A stretch of DNA of 40,759 bases. Source: a virus (Duplodnaviria > Caudoviricetes). Numbering within the stretch: position 1 is the first letter of the stretch; each line of letters opens with the position of its first letter. The notes beneath the pieces were generated by a model. That model was given only the letters and a program-made list of their open reading frames with translations, was not told the DNA's origin and ran no database searches. Where the stretch lies: the IMG/VR virus record IMGVR_UViG_3300014050_000060, positions 1 through 40,759 of that record. The stretch is one strand, 5' to 3'. Of this stretch, positions 16,088-26,079 are shown in pieces. The translations under genes were made by a program, and so were the position numbers.

Positions 16088-18406
16088 ATGGCCTCACCGA
16101 TGAGATCAAATCCAGAAATTGAAGAAATCATTCAACGTGCTGGTGAAATCGCCAAATCTAATAAGCATGAATATGTTACCCTAGAACACCTTACGCTAAG
16201 TATTTTTCAACAAAAATCTTTTAGTGAGTTGATTAAACAGATTAATATTGATACCGATGCTATCCAAGAAGACCTTGCACAGATACTATATCAAAATCAT
16301 TCTTTCTTGACAGGAGAGCATGAATCTCCAAGAAAAACACATAGTTTAGAAAGAGTATTTAATCGTGCTCTGACTCAAATTTTATTTCATGGGCAAGAAG
16401 TCATCAAAGTTGTAGATTTGGTTTTAAGTATTAGTGTGGAATCAAATAGTCATGCGGCCTATATTATGGCCAAACATGGCCTAGATAAAAATGTGATAGC
16501 TCATCATTATAAAAATCTATTTACAGAATTAGATAAAAATATTCGACCAATTGAAGCACAAAAACAAGCAGATGAGATTCTTAAAGAATATTGTACCAAT
16601 CTCAATGATCGTGCTCGCCGCGATGAAATTGATCCCATCATTGGCAGAGAATCCGAACTAACCGAAATTGTAGAAGTATTGGCCAAGCGTAATAAAGCCA
16701 ATGTGTTATTGGTAGGCGACCCCGGTGTTGGTAAAACCATGCTGGCTGAGGGCCTGGCCAGAAATATTGTCAACGGTCAGGTCCCTGAATATCTTAAAGA
16801 TTATACAGTTTATAACCTAGATATAGGGACCTTACTGGCAGGTACAAAATATAGAGGTGATTTTGAAGAAAAATTAAAAAATGTCCTCAAAGCATTAGAA
16901 TTAAAAGAAAAATGCATCTTGTTTGTGGATGAGGCACATCAAATGCGCGGTGCTGGGGGAAGTAGTGCAAGTGGTAATGTAGATTTTGCTAACATGATTA
17001 AACCTTCGTTGACCAAAGGTAAAATTAAAGTAGTAGCATCGACTACCTGGGAAGAATATACACAAAGTTTTGAGAAAGATCGCGCTCTAATGCGTAGATT
17101 TTATCGACTTACTGTAGATGAACCCAGTCCCACAGTAGCCAAAGAAATACTAAAAGGCATTAAAAAATCATTTGAAAAATTTCATAATCTAATAATTTCA
17201 GATGAGTCCATTGACTCAGCGGTAGAGTTTAGTGTGCGATATCAGCCAGATAAAAAATTACCCGATAAGGCAATTGATCTGATCGACACCGCTGCTGCCA
17301 GACAAAAAATTAAATCTGATCATTCATCTGACTATGTATTATCTAAAGTAGATATTATAAAGGTTGTTGCCAAAGCAACTAAAATTCCCTCGGACCAAAT
17401 TGGAGCAGATTCCGCAACGACCAATCTAACCAAATTGGAATCAAATATTCGACAGCGTCTATATGGTCAAGATTCGGTGATTGACATCATGCTTGAAAGA
17501 ATTTATATCAGCAAGTCCGGATTAAAATCTGTAAACAAACCCATTGGTAGTTTTCTTTTCTTGGGTCCCACTGGTACAGGTAAAACAGAATTGGCCAAAT
17601 TACTCGCTGAAAATTTAGGCATGAAACTGATACGCTATGACATGAGCGAATATCAGGAAAAGCATGCCATAGCCAAACTAATTGGTGCTCCTCCGGGTTA
17701 TATAGGTTACGATGATGCCAATTTGGGCGGCGGTTTGTTAATCGGAAATATTGAAAAAAATCCTCATAGTATTGTGCTTTTTGACGAGATCGAAAAAGCA
17801 CATCCAGATGTCAGTAATGTATTGTTGCAATTCATGGACGAAGGTTTTGTTACCAGTAGTAACGGTAAAAAAGTCGATGCTCGTAATTGCATTCTGATAA
17901 TGACCAGTAATCTAGGAGCAGCCGACAACGAGCGCAATAACATTGGATTTTCCACCGATTTATCCAAAACCGGCGAAGATGATAAGGCAATGAAAGAATT
18001 TTTTAAACCTGAATTTAGAAATAGGATTGATGCTGTTTGTAAATTTAAACACCTTACCAAAGAAAGCATGACGAAAATCGTGTCAAAATTTATCAATGAA
18101 TTAAATGATCTATTATCCAGCCGAAAAATCACTATTAGACTAACGCCAGCCGCCACCAGACATCTCATTGAAAAGGGATTTGATCAAAAAATGGGTGCCA
18201 GGCCACTGGCCAGAGTCATTAATGACCTCATCAAGGTGCCCTTGAGCAAGAAAATTTTATTTGAGCATGTGGCCAATGGAACAAGTATTTGTGTAGACCT
18301 GGCCGATAATTTGTTGACATTCACGCCTGTTTCATTTACAATGTGCTTACCGCTAGAAGACAGCGGCTCAAAGGTAGATAAAAATGGATTTATCACAGTG
18401 GCTTGA
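16088..18406 (+). CDS. clpA: ClpA-like AAA+ unfoldase
   Basis: Clp N-domain (HEYVTLEHL), Walker A motifs GDPGVGKT and GPTGTGKT, KLPDKAIDLID, IGF loop, MGARPL; no ClpB middle domain. Confidence 0.92.
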   Translation: MASPMRSNPEIEEIIQRAGEIAKSNKHEYVTLEHLTLSIFQQKSFSELIKQINIDTDAIQEDLAQILYQNHSFLTGEHESPRKTHSLERVFNRALTQILFHGQEVIKVVDLVLSISVESNSHAAYIMAKHGLDKNVIAHHYKNLFTELDKNIRPIEAQKQADEILKEYCTNLNDRARRDEIDPIIGRESELTEIVEVLAKRNKANVLLVGDPGVGKTMLAEGLARNIVNGQVPEYLKDYTVYNLDIGTLLAGTKYRGDFEEKLKNVLKALELKEKCILFVDEAHQMRGAGGSSASGNVDFANMIKPSLTKGKIKVVASTTWEEYTQSFEKDRALMRRFYRLTVDEPSPTVAKEILKGIKKSFEKFHNLIISDESIDSAVEFSVRYQPDKKLPDKAIDLIDTAAARQKIKSDHSSDYVLSKVDIIKVVAKATKIPSDQIGADSATTNLTKLESNIRQRLYGQDSVIDIMLERIYISKSGLKSVNKPIGSFLFLGPTGTGKTELAKLLAENLGMKLIRYDMSEYQEKHAIAKLIGAPPGYIGYDDANLGGGLLIGNIEKNPHSIVLFDEIEKAHPDVSNVLLQFMDEGFVTSSNGKKVDARNCILIMTSNLGAADNERNNIGFSTDLSKTGEDDKAMKEFFKPEFRNRIDAVCKFKHLTKESMTKIVSKFINELNDLLSSRKITIRLTPAATRHLIEKGFDQKMGARPLARVINDLIKVPLSKKILFEHVANGTSICVDLADNLLTFTPVSFTMCLPLEDSGSKVDKNGFITVA

Positions 18407-19061
18407 ATTAAAACCCGATCTATTAATTGTTCCGACTCGCTGTAAATTTTATAGAAAATTTGTTCATAAATTAAGCTATGATCTAATAGAAGGAGCGTTT
18501 GCTATCCCGGGCAGTCAATCAATTGAAGAAATTGAAAAAAGACTTTCGTACAGTCGCCGAACTCTATCTTTTGAGACAAAAAAACATATTCACGAACTTT
18601 TTGAAATATATAGATGTCGAAAAAATTATAGAATGAGATTTGAAGGTTCTAGTTTCAGTATATTCTCCAATGATTTGGAAGAATTATTTGCTATTGCCAG
18701 CAGAAAAATACCCGATTTAGTTGAAAAAATTAGTTTTCTCAGCACCATTGTTGACAGCAATCAACAACAGGCATTAGAAAAAGATCAAATTATATTAAAG
18801 AAACCAATTTCCTACACACATAGAGTAACCGTTCGAGAAGGATTTTATTTAAATTATAACGAAAGAAATGCATTAGCTCAATATATATTAAATCTGGGTA
18901 ATCAAGTTCGAATATCTAAAAAATATATTTTAGAAATAAAACAAGGACATAAATATCTTCAGAGCGGTTACTTTTATGTTCAAGATCCTAGAATAGTAGA
19001 CATGATAAGATTAATCATTCCTTCGATAGTTCGATCAATTCAAGAAGTAGTAGTACACTAA
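18384..19061 (+). CDS. Hypothetical protein
   Basis: 225-aa ORF overlapping the end of clpA. Confidence 0.75.
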   Translation: MDLSQWLELKPDLLIVPTRCKFYRKFVHKLSYDLIEGAFAIPGSQSIEEIEKRLSYSRRTLSFETKKHIHELFEIYRCRKNYRMRFEGSSFSIFSNDLEELFAIASRKIPDLVEKISFLSTIVDSNQQQALEKDQIILKKPISYTHRVTVREGFYLNYNERNALAQYILNLGNQVRISKKYILEIKQGHKYLQSGYFYVQDPRIVDMIRLIIPSIVRSIQEVVVH

Positions 19062-19075
19062 CATTCAATTATATT

Positions 19076-19900
19076 ATGGAAAACAATCAAAAAACCGAAT
19101 TAAATCCCGAAATTCCCGGAAAAACTGCTACCGAAGTAGTTCAAAAAATTTCCGAGCTAATGAAACAGCAACGTGTCGAATCTCCGCAAAATCAACCACA
19201 AGGTCAGCCATACGATTTTACCAAATTGCATTTGCATATTGGTATTCCTTGTTATGGTGGTATGATGAGCGAACCAACAGTGACTAGTCTACTTAAATTT
19301 ATTCTCATGGCTGGTAGAGTGGGACTAAACTGGAGTTTAGATACCATGGTAAACGAAAGTTTAATTACCAGGGGGCGAAATAATCTAATGGCTAAAATGA
19401 TGAGCAATTCCACTGCCACACATTTTATGTTCATTGATGCCGACATTAGATTTGAACCAGAAAGTATTTTTCAAATGATGGTCTATGAAAAAGAAGTAAT
19501 CGGCGGCCTTTACCCTAAAAAAAGTATTCCCACTAACTATGTAATTAATTTATTGCCGCAGACACAAATTCAAGGTGATATTTTTACCGTAGATACCATG
19601 GGCACAGGATTTTTGATTTTTAAACGAGAAGTCTACGAAAAACTATGCAAAGCGCATCCTGAATCCAAATATGTCGACGATGTTGGGCTAGGCAAGCAAT
19701 ACGAACCTTATATGTATGCTATTTTTGATGTGGGCATTGATGAACGCGGCCATTACCTCAGCGAAGACTGGATGTTTTGTCGTAGATGGCAAAAATTAGG
19801 TGGTACTATCTGGGCACACAGTAAAGTCTTGCTTAATCACTGTGGTCATTATGAGTATAAGGGTAACCTAGATCAAATGCCTGACTTTACTAAAAAATAA
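19076..19900 (+). CDS. GT-A fold glycosyltransferase-like protein
   Basis: IGIPCYGG, ESLITRGRN, FMFIDAD (DxD), GTGFLIFKR, LSEDWMFCRRW, H.G. Confidence 0.75.
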   Translation: MENNQKTELNPEIPGKTATEVVQKISELMKQQRVESPQNQPQGQPYDFTKLHLHIGIPCYGGMMSEPTVTSLLKFILMAGRVGLNWSLDTMVNESLITRGRNNLMAKMMSNSTATHFMFIDADIRFEPESIFQMMVYEKEVIGGLYPKKSIPTNYVINLLPQTQIQGDIFTVDTMGTGFLIFKREVYEKLCKAHPESKYVDDVGLGKQYEPYMYAIFDVGIDERGHYLSEDWMFCRRWQKLGGTIWAHSKVLLNHCGHYEYKGNLDQMPDFTKK

Positions 19901-19915
19901 ACTAATAAAACTTAT

Positions 19916-19945
19916 AAAATAGACTGCCCAGCAGTCTATTTTTTT
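19916..19945 (+). terminator. Rho-independent terminator
   Basis: aaaatagactgc-cca-gcagtctatttt followed by a T-run. Confidence 0.85.
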
Positions 19946-19985
19946 GGCTGTAACAAAATTACCAGCCGACCATAAATATTAGACT

Positions 19986-20729
19986 ATGTTTCTCACCGAA
20001 CTTTTTGAAGCAAAATCACACAATTATCTGGTAATCTATCCTGGAAGATTTCAACCTTTTCACAAAGGTCATCGTGCAGTCTACGATTATCTTGTTAAAA
20101 AGTATGGCCGAGATCATGTTTTTATCGCTACTAGTAATAAAGTGGCTCCTCCTAAAAGTCCATTTAATTTTAGCCAGAAGGCTGCTATGATGCGTCTTAC
20201 CGGAGTACCAATGGATCGTGTAGTTGAAACTCCCGAACCCTATCGTCCAGGTGAGCTGGTAAGCAGATATTCCGGAGATACTAGATTACTATTTGCTGTT
20301 AGTCAAAAGGACATGGATGAGGATCCTAGATTCGCTAAATGGACTAAAAAGGATGGTAGTCCCAGCTATTTTCAACCTATGCCAAAAGACCCCAAAGACA
20401 TGCAGGGACTGTCGCAACATGGGTATATCATGATAGTACCTACTTTTGATTTTACTGTTCTGGGCAAACCGATGCGTAGTGCCACCGAGTTGCGATTTGA
20501 ATTTGCTCAGGCAGATGAAACCACACAAAAAAATATAGTAAAAGATCTGTTTGGTGCCTATGATGAGGAGGTCTACTCTATCATGAAACACCATATAAAT
20601 GAAGAATTTGGTGTAGGTGTAGTGGCTAGTCGTAAACAGGCAAAAGACCCCAGATACAAAACCAGCCTGACCGTAGATGTGCATCCAGATACACCTCGCA
20701 AAAATGCCAAGGCCCTGGGCCTTGTCTAA
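19986..20729 (+). CDS. Cytidyltransferase-like (HIGH) nucleotidyltransferase with putative capsid-targeting N-terminus
   Basis: YPGRFQPFHKGH and SATELR motifs; MFLTELFEA start; TAAATA at 19973. Confidence 0.8.
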   Translation: MFLTELFEAKSHNYLVIYPGRFQPFHKGHRAVYDYLVKKYGRDHVFIATSNKVAPPKSPFNFSQKAAMMRLTGVPMDRVVETPEPYRPGELVSRYSGDTRLLFAVSQKDMDEDPRFAKWTKKDGSPSYFQPMPKDPKDMQGLSQHGYIMIVPTFDFTVLGKPMRSATELRFEFAQADETTQKNIVKDLFGAYDEEVYSIMKHHINEEFGVGVVASRKQAKDPRYKTSLTVDVHPDTPRKNAKALGLV

Positions 20730-20767
20730 AAAAATAAATATAATTATTAATTTTACCAGGATGAAAT

Positions 20768-21298
20768 ATGAAACCCACTGATTTTATTAAAGAAGACCAT
20801 AATATAGTACAAGCAGTAGTAGAAATGCACGATGATCATGAAGTGCAAATGGCCAGGGAGCAGTGCTATCATGCAGCCAGTAATGCCATTGAACTACACA
20901 GGATGGTCAAACATTTTTCAGAAAAACAAGGTCTCGAGGGATGGGTCAGCGAAAAAATTGCCATTGCCAATGATTATCTACGCACAGTAAAAGAATATCT
21001 CGAATATGAAATTCTTAGTGGGCACCAAGGTCCCGGAGCAGCACCAATGGGAGAAATGGCCAGTGCCGGTGCTAGTAGCAGTAGTGGTATAGCTACCAGT
21101 TTCATGGCACCAAAGAAAAAGAGAGTTGGCGAAGAAGATCAACCTAAGGCAGTGCCAAAAAGTAAAATTCCTGCCTATCAGCGTAAACAATACGGGGGCT
21201 CAGATTGGAAAGTAACATCCAAAGATATCGAAAAGGAACCAGAACAGAAAAAACTTATCAGTCATCCGCAGGTGCTGCGTAGAAATATTGGTGTATAA
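20768..21298 (+). CDS. Hypothetical (putative head-packaged) protein
   Basis: MKPTDFIKED start; TAAATA at 20735. Confidence 0.8.
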   Translation: MKPTDFIKEDHNIVQAVVEMHDDHEVQMAREQCYHAASNAIELHRMVKHFSEKQGLEGWVSEKIAIANDYLRTVKEYLEYEILSGHQGPGAAPMGEMASAGASSSSGIATSFMAPKKKRVGEEDQPKAVPKSKIPAYQRKQYGGSDWKVTSKDIEKEPEQKKLISHPQVLRRNIGV

Positions 21299-21558
21299 TG
21301 AGTGCTATACTTAAAGCTATTGCAGGGACCAATGAAGCCATTTCACCTGTTAAGCCAATGAGCGCTTATACTCCACCAAAACCGGCTGCCGGGGCACAAA
21401 CACAACAGGCAGTTGCACCTGTCGCTGCTACAGCTAATGCTCAACCCACTACCACACAAGTTCCGAGCAACATAAGTTTTTCAGACACACTAAAAAAACT
21501 TATGTCCAATGCTGGACTAAAATCAGAATTTGAAAAGTTACTGGCCAAGGTGAAATAA
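21298..21558 (+). CDS. Ala/Pro/Gln-rich hypothetical protein
   Basis: 86 aa, TAATG translational coupling. Confidence 0.75.
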   Translation: MSAILKAIAGTNEAISPVKPMSAYTPPKPAAGAQTQQAVAPVAATANAQPTTTQVPSNISFSDTLKKLMSNAGLKSEFEKLLAKVK

Positions 21559-21560
21559 TC

Positions 21561-21986
21561 ATGCGTGTGTTTGACTTGTTTAATGATTCTGATCGTAATT
21601 TTCTAAAGCCCCAAAAATCACCGCCGATCGTCGAAGATCAGTCCATTCCTAATCCAATGGACAAAGTAACCATGGATATTCCATTGTTATTGCGTATTAT
21701 GGAATATAGCAAAGAAGACGCCAAAACCGATATGGATTTACATCGCGTTGTAGAAAAGTTAGTTGAACTCAGTGGCAGTGGACAAACTTTAAATATGAAT
21801 CACTACAACGACATCGTTAACGATGTGCACGAAGGCGATGCACCCGCCGAAAAACTAATCAAAGACATCGAATACCATCCGGGCAAAAACAATGACGAAG
21901 ATGTACAGGAAAGCCATGGTCGTTACTGGTGCAGCACTGACAAGCGTTGGAAGGAACGCCAAGGCCCCAAACAGTCAAGAGGTTGA
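21561..21986 (+). CDS. Hypothetical protein
   Basis: 141 aa within the operon; MRVFDLF start. Confidence 0.8.
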   Translation: MRVFDLFNDSDRNFLKPQKSPPIVEDQSIPNPMDKVTMDIPLLLRIMEYSKEDAKTDMDLHRVVEKLVELSGSGQTLNMNHYNDIVNDVHEGDAPAEKLIKDIEYHPGKNNDEDVQESHGRYWCSTDKRWKERQGPKQSRG

Positions 21987-21989
21987 CAA

Positions 21990-24575
21990 ATGCGAGTCCG
22001 TCATTTTATAGCCGAAGCTGAACTATTTGAAATAAACATGAGTCCTGGCAACTTGCAAAAGTTAGCCAGTGAGATTGATGCTCGTGTGGGCATGGAATTC
22101 GAAATGGTAGTTCCTGTCCAATCCTACGAGTACGATGATGATTACGAGTCCGAACCCGACTTTGATCAAAACGAGCGTGTACGCGGTATGTACAGTATCG
22201 AACGCTTCTTTGACGATGGTGATCACAACAGTCGACGCACAGTAGAAAGAGTAATGGCGGATCTACAAGAAGAATATCTTGAAAGTGATAGTTTTATAGA
22301 AGATCAAAATGATGCTTTCCGTGAAGAAGCCGAGTACTATCTGACCAGAATCATAGAAAGTGAGCTAGGCGAAGAATTTGAAGAACTGGCCCAAGCTCGT
22401 GCCGATGCCAGACCCGAAGGCTTTTACAAGACCGATCGAGATCGTCAAGACGCAGTCAATTTATATATGAGTGACCTTGTTCAAGAGCGTGTTGAACAGA
22501 GTATGGAGGAAGAAGATAACTACTATGCTCAAGCCCGTGAACAGTGGGACAATGAAGGCGATTTTGATTACAGCGATCCAATGGATCACTGGGTTATGAA
22601 CGAATATGGTACGATGACCGATGTAATGGATGCTCATAATGTGCTAAACTGGCCTTACTGGACCGAGCCCGATCAGGAAGAAGCTGAACCCAATGTCGAC
22701 GCCATAGCCGACAGTTTTCGGCAGGCCATTGGTAGAAATGTCCGACTAAGTCGCAGTTATCACGGTGCCAAACGCGATGATTCTAGTTATATCATAGAAC
22801 CCGACAGTAGTATACAAATTGACGCCAATGAAGCCGGACTTGAGTTTGTCAGTCCACCGCTGTCATTGGCAGACATGGCCCAGGATCTCGAGGCCGTTCG
22901 TACCTGGGCAAAAGAAACTGGTTGTACTACAAATCGTAGCACAGGCCTACATATAAATGTCAGCGTACCCGGCATCGAACCTGGTAAGATTGACTATGTT
23001 AAACTGGCTTTATTGTTGGGCGATAGGTATGTGCTAGAACAATTTGATCGTAGCAGTAACCATTTTTGTAAATCAGCATTGGATGAAATTCAAAGTCGTG
23101 CCAAGACAAATACAGCACGAGAAGCAGTGCCGGCAATGTTGGACAGTATGCGTGCCGGACTAAATCGTATAGCCAGCAAGATTGTACACAGTGGCAGTAC
23201 CGGCAAATATATCAGTATTAACAACAAAGAAAAATACATTGAGTTTCGCAGTCCCGGTGGCGATTGGCTAAACACCGACCTAGCCAAGCTCACTGCCACA
23301 ATGAATCGTTTTGTTGTTGCTCTTGATGCTGCGGTTGATGAAAACAAATACCGTGAAGAATACAGTAAGAAGTTATACAAACTCATACAACCCGCTGCTG
23401 GCGACAGCAGTACCATTGACTACTTTGTCAAGTATGTGAGCGGACAGATTCCTAAACAGGCATTGAAGAGTTTCCTAAAGCAGGCCAATCTTCAGCGTGA
23501 CTATGAGCGTAAGAAAATCAAGCCAGGAACACGAGCATGGTATAAGGTCTACGCCGAAGGAAAGAGACAGACCAGTGGTGCCTCTGTAGAAGTGGTTGCT
23601 ACCAGCGAAGAAGAAGCCATTAACAAAGCATTAGAACATTGGCGTAGCAATCGTGCAGAAAAGCCCAGGATCGAAGCTGAAGTCATAAGACCCTACGAAG
23701 AAACACCCATACAGGCTCGTGTGTCAGCTGCGGGTCCCAGTCAGAGGGCATGGGAACCTACTCCTCTATTAACTGCGCCAGATACACATCCAGATGCTAA
23801 TTGGGCGATTTTGCGTAAGTCAGATAATCAACCTGTTCATTACTTTACAAGAAACACAAGGGAGGAAGCCCAAGACACATTTATGAGAGTAGTCGGCAGT
23901 GCCTATCATTTATATCGACTAGCACCTGTTACTCCAAGAACCAGTCAAAGTCAAGAGACTCCTGTGCCAGGAAGCACCGTAGACTTACAGCGTCAACGAA
24001 CCGCTGCCCAAGATCAAAGATATATTGCACCCGAAAATAACCCCGACGCTAATTGGGCAATTATACGCCGAAGCGACGGAGAAATTATATTATACTTTTA
24101 TAGAAATGACAGAGAATCAGCTGAAAATTATATGAAAAGATCTGTGAGTGGTAATGATTGGATGTATACAATTATTCCGATTCAACCTAGAAACCGTGAT
24201 CCCAACGATGTCGGTGAAGGTAACAATTTTGAAATTGTAGATAATAAAGGTGCAGTTGTTCACAGATTTCGAGCCGATAGTTTTAGACTTGCACAAGAAA
24301 GGTTCAACGAACTAATAATTGGTACAGACAGATTACGGCACGATCTTCGTCGAGCAAGATCCACCGAAAATAATAATCCTCGTGTCGGACAACAGCAAGG
24401 TGAGTTTACAGGGCAATGGAATGTTAGTATAGATGGTCAAGTAGTCACCCAGGTGCAAGCCGCTACTCAAGGTGAAGCCAATGGTCGTGCTCGTGAATGG
24501 GTCACTAGACAAAGTTCAGAGTTTATGCGTCAACATCAAGGCGGCGAGGTCACAGTTACTCCGATAAATTCATAA
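21990..24575 (+). CDS. Putative amidoligase (COOH-NH2 ligase) with acidic insert and C-terminal repeats
   Basis: GMEFE, EPDSSI, GLEFVSPPL, TNRSTGLHINVS and IEFRSPGG motifs; repeated PDANWAI modules. Confidence 0.8.
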   Translation: MRVRHFIAEAELFEINMSPGNLQKLASEIDARVGMEFEMVVPVQSYEYDDDYESEPDFDQNERVRGMYSIERFFDDGDHNSRRTVERVMADLQEEYLESDSFIEDQNDAFREEAEYYLTRIIESELGEEFEELAQARADARPEGFYKTDRDRQDAVNLYMSDLVQERVEQSMEEEDNYYAQAREQWDNEGDFDYSDPMDHWVMNEYGTMTDVMDAHNVLNWPYWTEPDQEEAEPNVDAIADSFRQAIGRNVRLSRSYHGAKRDDSSYIIEPDSSIQIDANEAGLEFVSPPLSLADMAQDLEAVRTWAKETGCTTNRSTGLHINVSVPGIEPGKIDYVKLALLLGDRYVLEQFDRSSNHFCKSALDEIQSRAKTNTAREAVPAMLDSMRAGLNRIASKIVHSGSTGKYISINNKEKYIEFRSPGGDWLNTDLAKLTATMNRFVVALDAAVDENKYREEYSKKLYKLIQPAAGDSSTIDYFVKYVSGQIPKQALKSFLKQANLQRDYERKKIKPGTRAWYKVYAEGKRQTSGASVEVVATSEEEAINKALEHWRSNRAEKPRIEAEVIRPYEETPIQARVSAAGPSQRAWEPTPLLTAPDTHPDANWAILRKSDNQPVHYFTRNTREEAQDTFMRVVGSAYHLYRLAPVTPRTSQSQETPVPGSTVDLQRQRTAAQDQRYIAPENNPDANWAIIRRSDGEIILYFYRNDRESAENYMKRSVSGNDWMYTIIPIQPRNRDPNDVGEGNNFEIVDNKGAVVHRFRADSFRLAQERFNELIIGTDRLRHDLRRARSTENNNPRVGQQQGEFTGQWNVSIDGQVVTQVQAATQGEANGRAREWVTRQSSEFMRQHQGGEVTVTPINS

Positions 24576-25213
24576 TGAGATCCAGAGAAATTATTGGAGA
24601 AGGTCGCAATCATCCTGTTATTGTAGTGGATGTTCAGCCAGAATACTGCGGCATCAACGACGGTGAAGAAAGCACTGTGTGTCTGGACATAGTAAAATTT
24701 GTTACTAATCAGACGGGTCCAGTTTTGTTCTTTGTCAATGCAGAGGGTCAAGGTCTATCCGGTGACACTGTAGCTGGTGTTCGCTTGTACTGGGATGATA
24801 CTGTGAGAGAATTGGCTGGTGATTATGAAAATGAACAACCTATTAATTGGGCAAGATTTCAAATAGTAGATAAAGGATACGGGTATTTGAGAAGCTGGAT
24901 GGATCACGGTATTGAACCCTCTGTAATTATTTCTACAATAAGAGAATTATATCAACAACGAAAAAGTGACAGTAGGGAACTAAATTTTCCTCCGTTCAAT
25001 CGGCGTACTCCACAGCAGTCACTAATAATGGGTGCTATTGAGGAAATGAAAGATGATCCATTGACAGTAAATTGGACCAGCGTCGCTCAGCTTAAAAGAT
25101 TCAATGGTGCTTATATTGTAGGTGGCGGGCGTAATGAATGTCTGCGTGAAGTAGAATTGCTTATGAACGCTTTTAACATTCGATATCGGCGTATAGACAG
25201 TTTGGTGTATTAA
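24575..25213 (+). CDS. Isochorismatase/cysteine hydrolase-like protein
   Basis: VIVVDVQPEY, DKGYG and YIVGGGRNECL give a D-K-C triad-like arrangement. Confidence 0.55.
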   Translation: MRSREIIGEGRNHPVIVVDVQPEYCGINDGEESTVCLDIVKFVTNQTGPVLFFVNAEGQGLSGDTVAGVRLYWDDTVRELAGDYENEQPINWARFQIVDKGYGYLRSWMDHGIEPSVIISTIRELYQQRKSDSRELNFPPFNRRTPQQSLIMGAIEEMKDDPLTVNWTSVAQLKRFNGAYIVGGGRNECLREVELLMNAFNIRYRRIDSLVY

Positions 25214-25215
25214 TT

Positions 25216-26079
25216 ATGAGATTTTATCAATTATTTGAAGCCATAAGCAGTCGTGTATTTCATTACACTCGTGCTGGGGCTGCTGCGAAAATACTCGGCA
25301 GCGGTGAGTTTGAACTCAGTAGCACATTAGGTGCTGGCTGGGAACAACAATTCGCACCTAAAGGTTATCCTTACTTTCTAAGCACTACAAGAACACGCTC
25401 CGGTGGCTATCATCAGAGCGTTGGCAGTGATGCCGTACTGTTTGAACTAGACGGCAATTTCTATAACCAACGCTATCCCGGACGGGCAGTTGACTACTGG
25501 AACAATAGAAATCCCTCACAAGCACATCACAGAAGTCACGAAGCTGAAGATCGTATATTCAGTAGAGATCCTGCCGTGCCCGCTGCTATTACTCGAATGG
25601 ATGTTTATGTCAGCCCAGAAGCTGAACCCGATACTCTAGCTCGTGTTAGAAAAATAGCGTTATTAGCAAAAAAGCGTGGTATACCTGTCAGATTATTCAC
25701 CGACGCCGATGCTTGGCGTCTAGGCGATGAACGCAAACAAGCCGATGTCAGCATATTACGCGGACAAGAACCCTCTAGACGAAACTACCCCAGTCGCAGA
25801 TATCTCAAACGCTGGATTGAACTGATCAGTGCCAATAAAAAATCACAGTTAAGTAAAGATGCTGATAGTATTCGTTATGACTTGATGTATACATACGACA
25901 AAGCCAGTGCTGCCAAGAGCCTGGACAACGACCTGAGCAACGCTCGTAAACCCGACAGCAGTGATCGCCCAGATGCAGTAAAGATAATCAGGTACATGCA
26001 GTCAAATGGCCTGTCCACAGTCCGAGAGTTGGTGGATCACCTCGCTGAAAAATGGAAAGCCATAAGTGCGAATAAGTGA
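25216..26079 (+). CDS. Putative ADP-ribosyltransferase-fold protein
   Basis: VFHYT...ILGSG, FLSTTR, VLFELDG and EAEDRI follow the ART strand-motif order. Confidence 0.5.
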   Translation: MRFYQLFEAISSRVFHYTRAGAAAKILGSGEFELSSTLGAGWEQQFAPKGYPYFLSTTRTRSGGYHQSVGSDAVLFELDGNFYNQRYPGRAVDYWNNRNPSQAHHRSHEAEDRIFSRDPAVPAAITRMDVYVSPEAEPDTLARVRKIALLAKKRGIPVRLFTDADAWRLGDERKQADVSILRGQEPSRRNYPSRRYLKRWIELISANKKSQLSKDADSIRYDLMYTYDKASAAKSLDNDLSNARKPDSSDRPDAVKIIRYMQSNGLSTVRELVDHLAEKWKAISANK

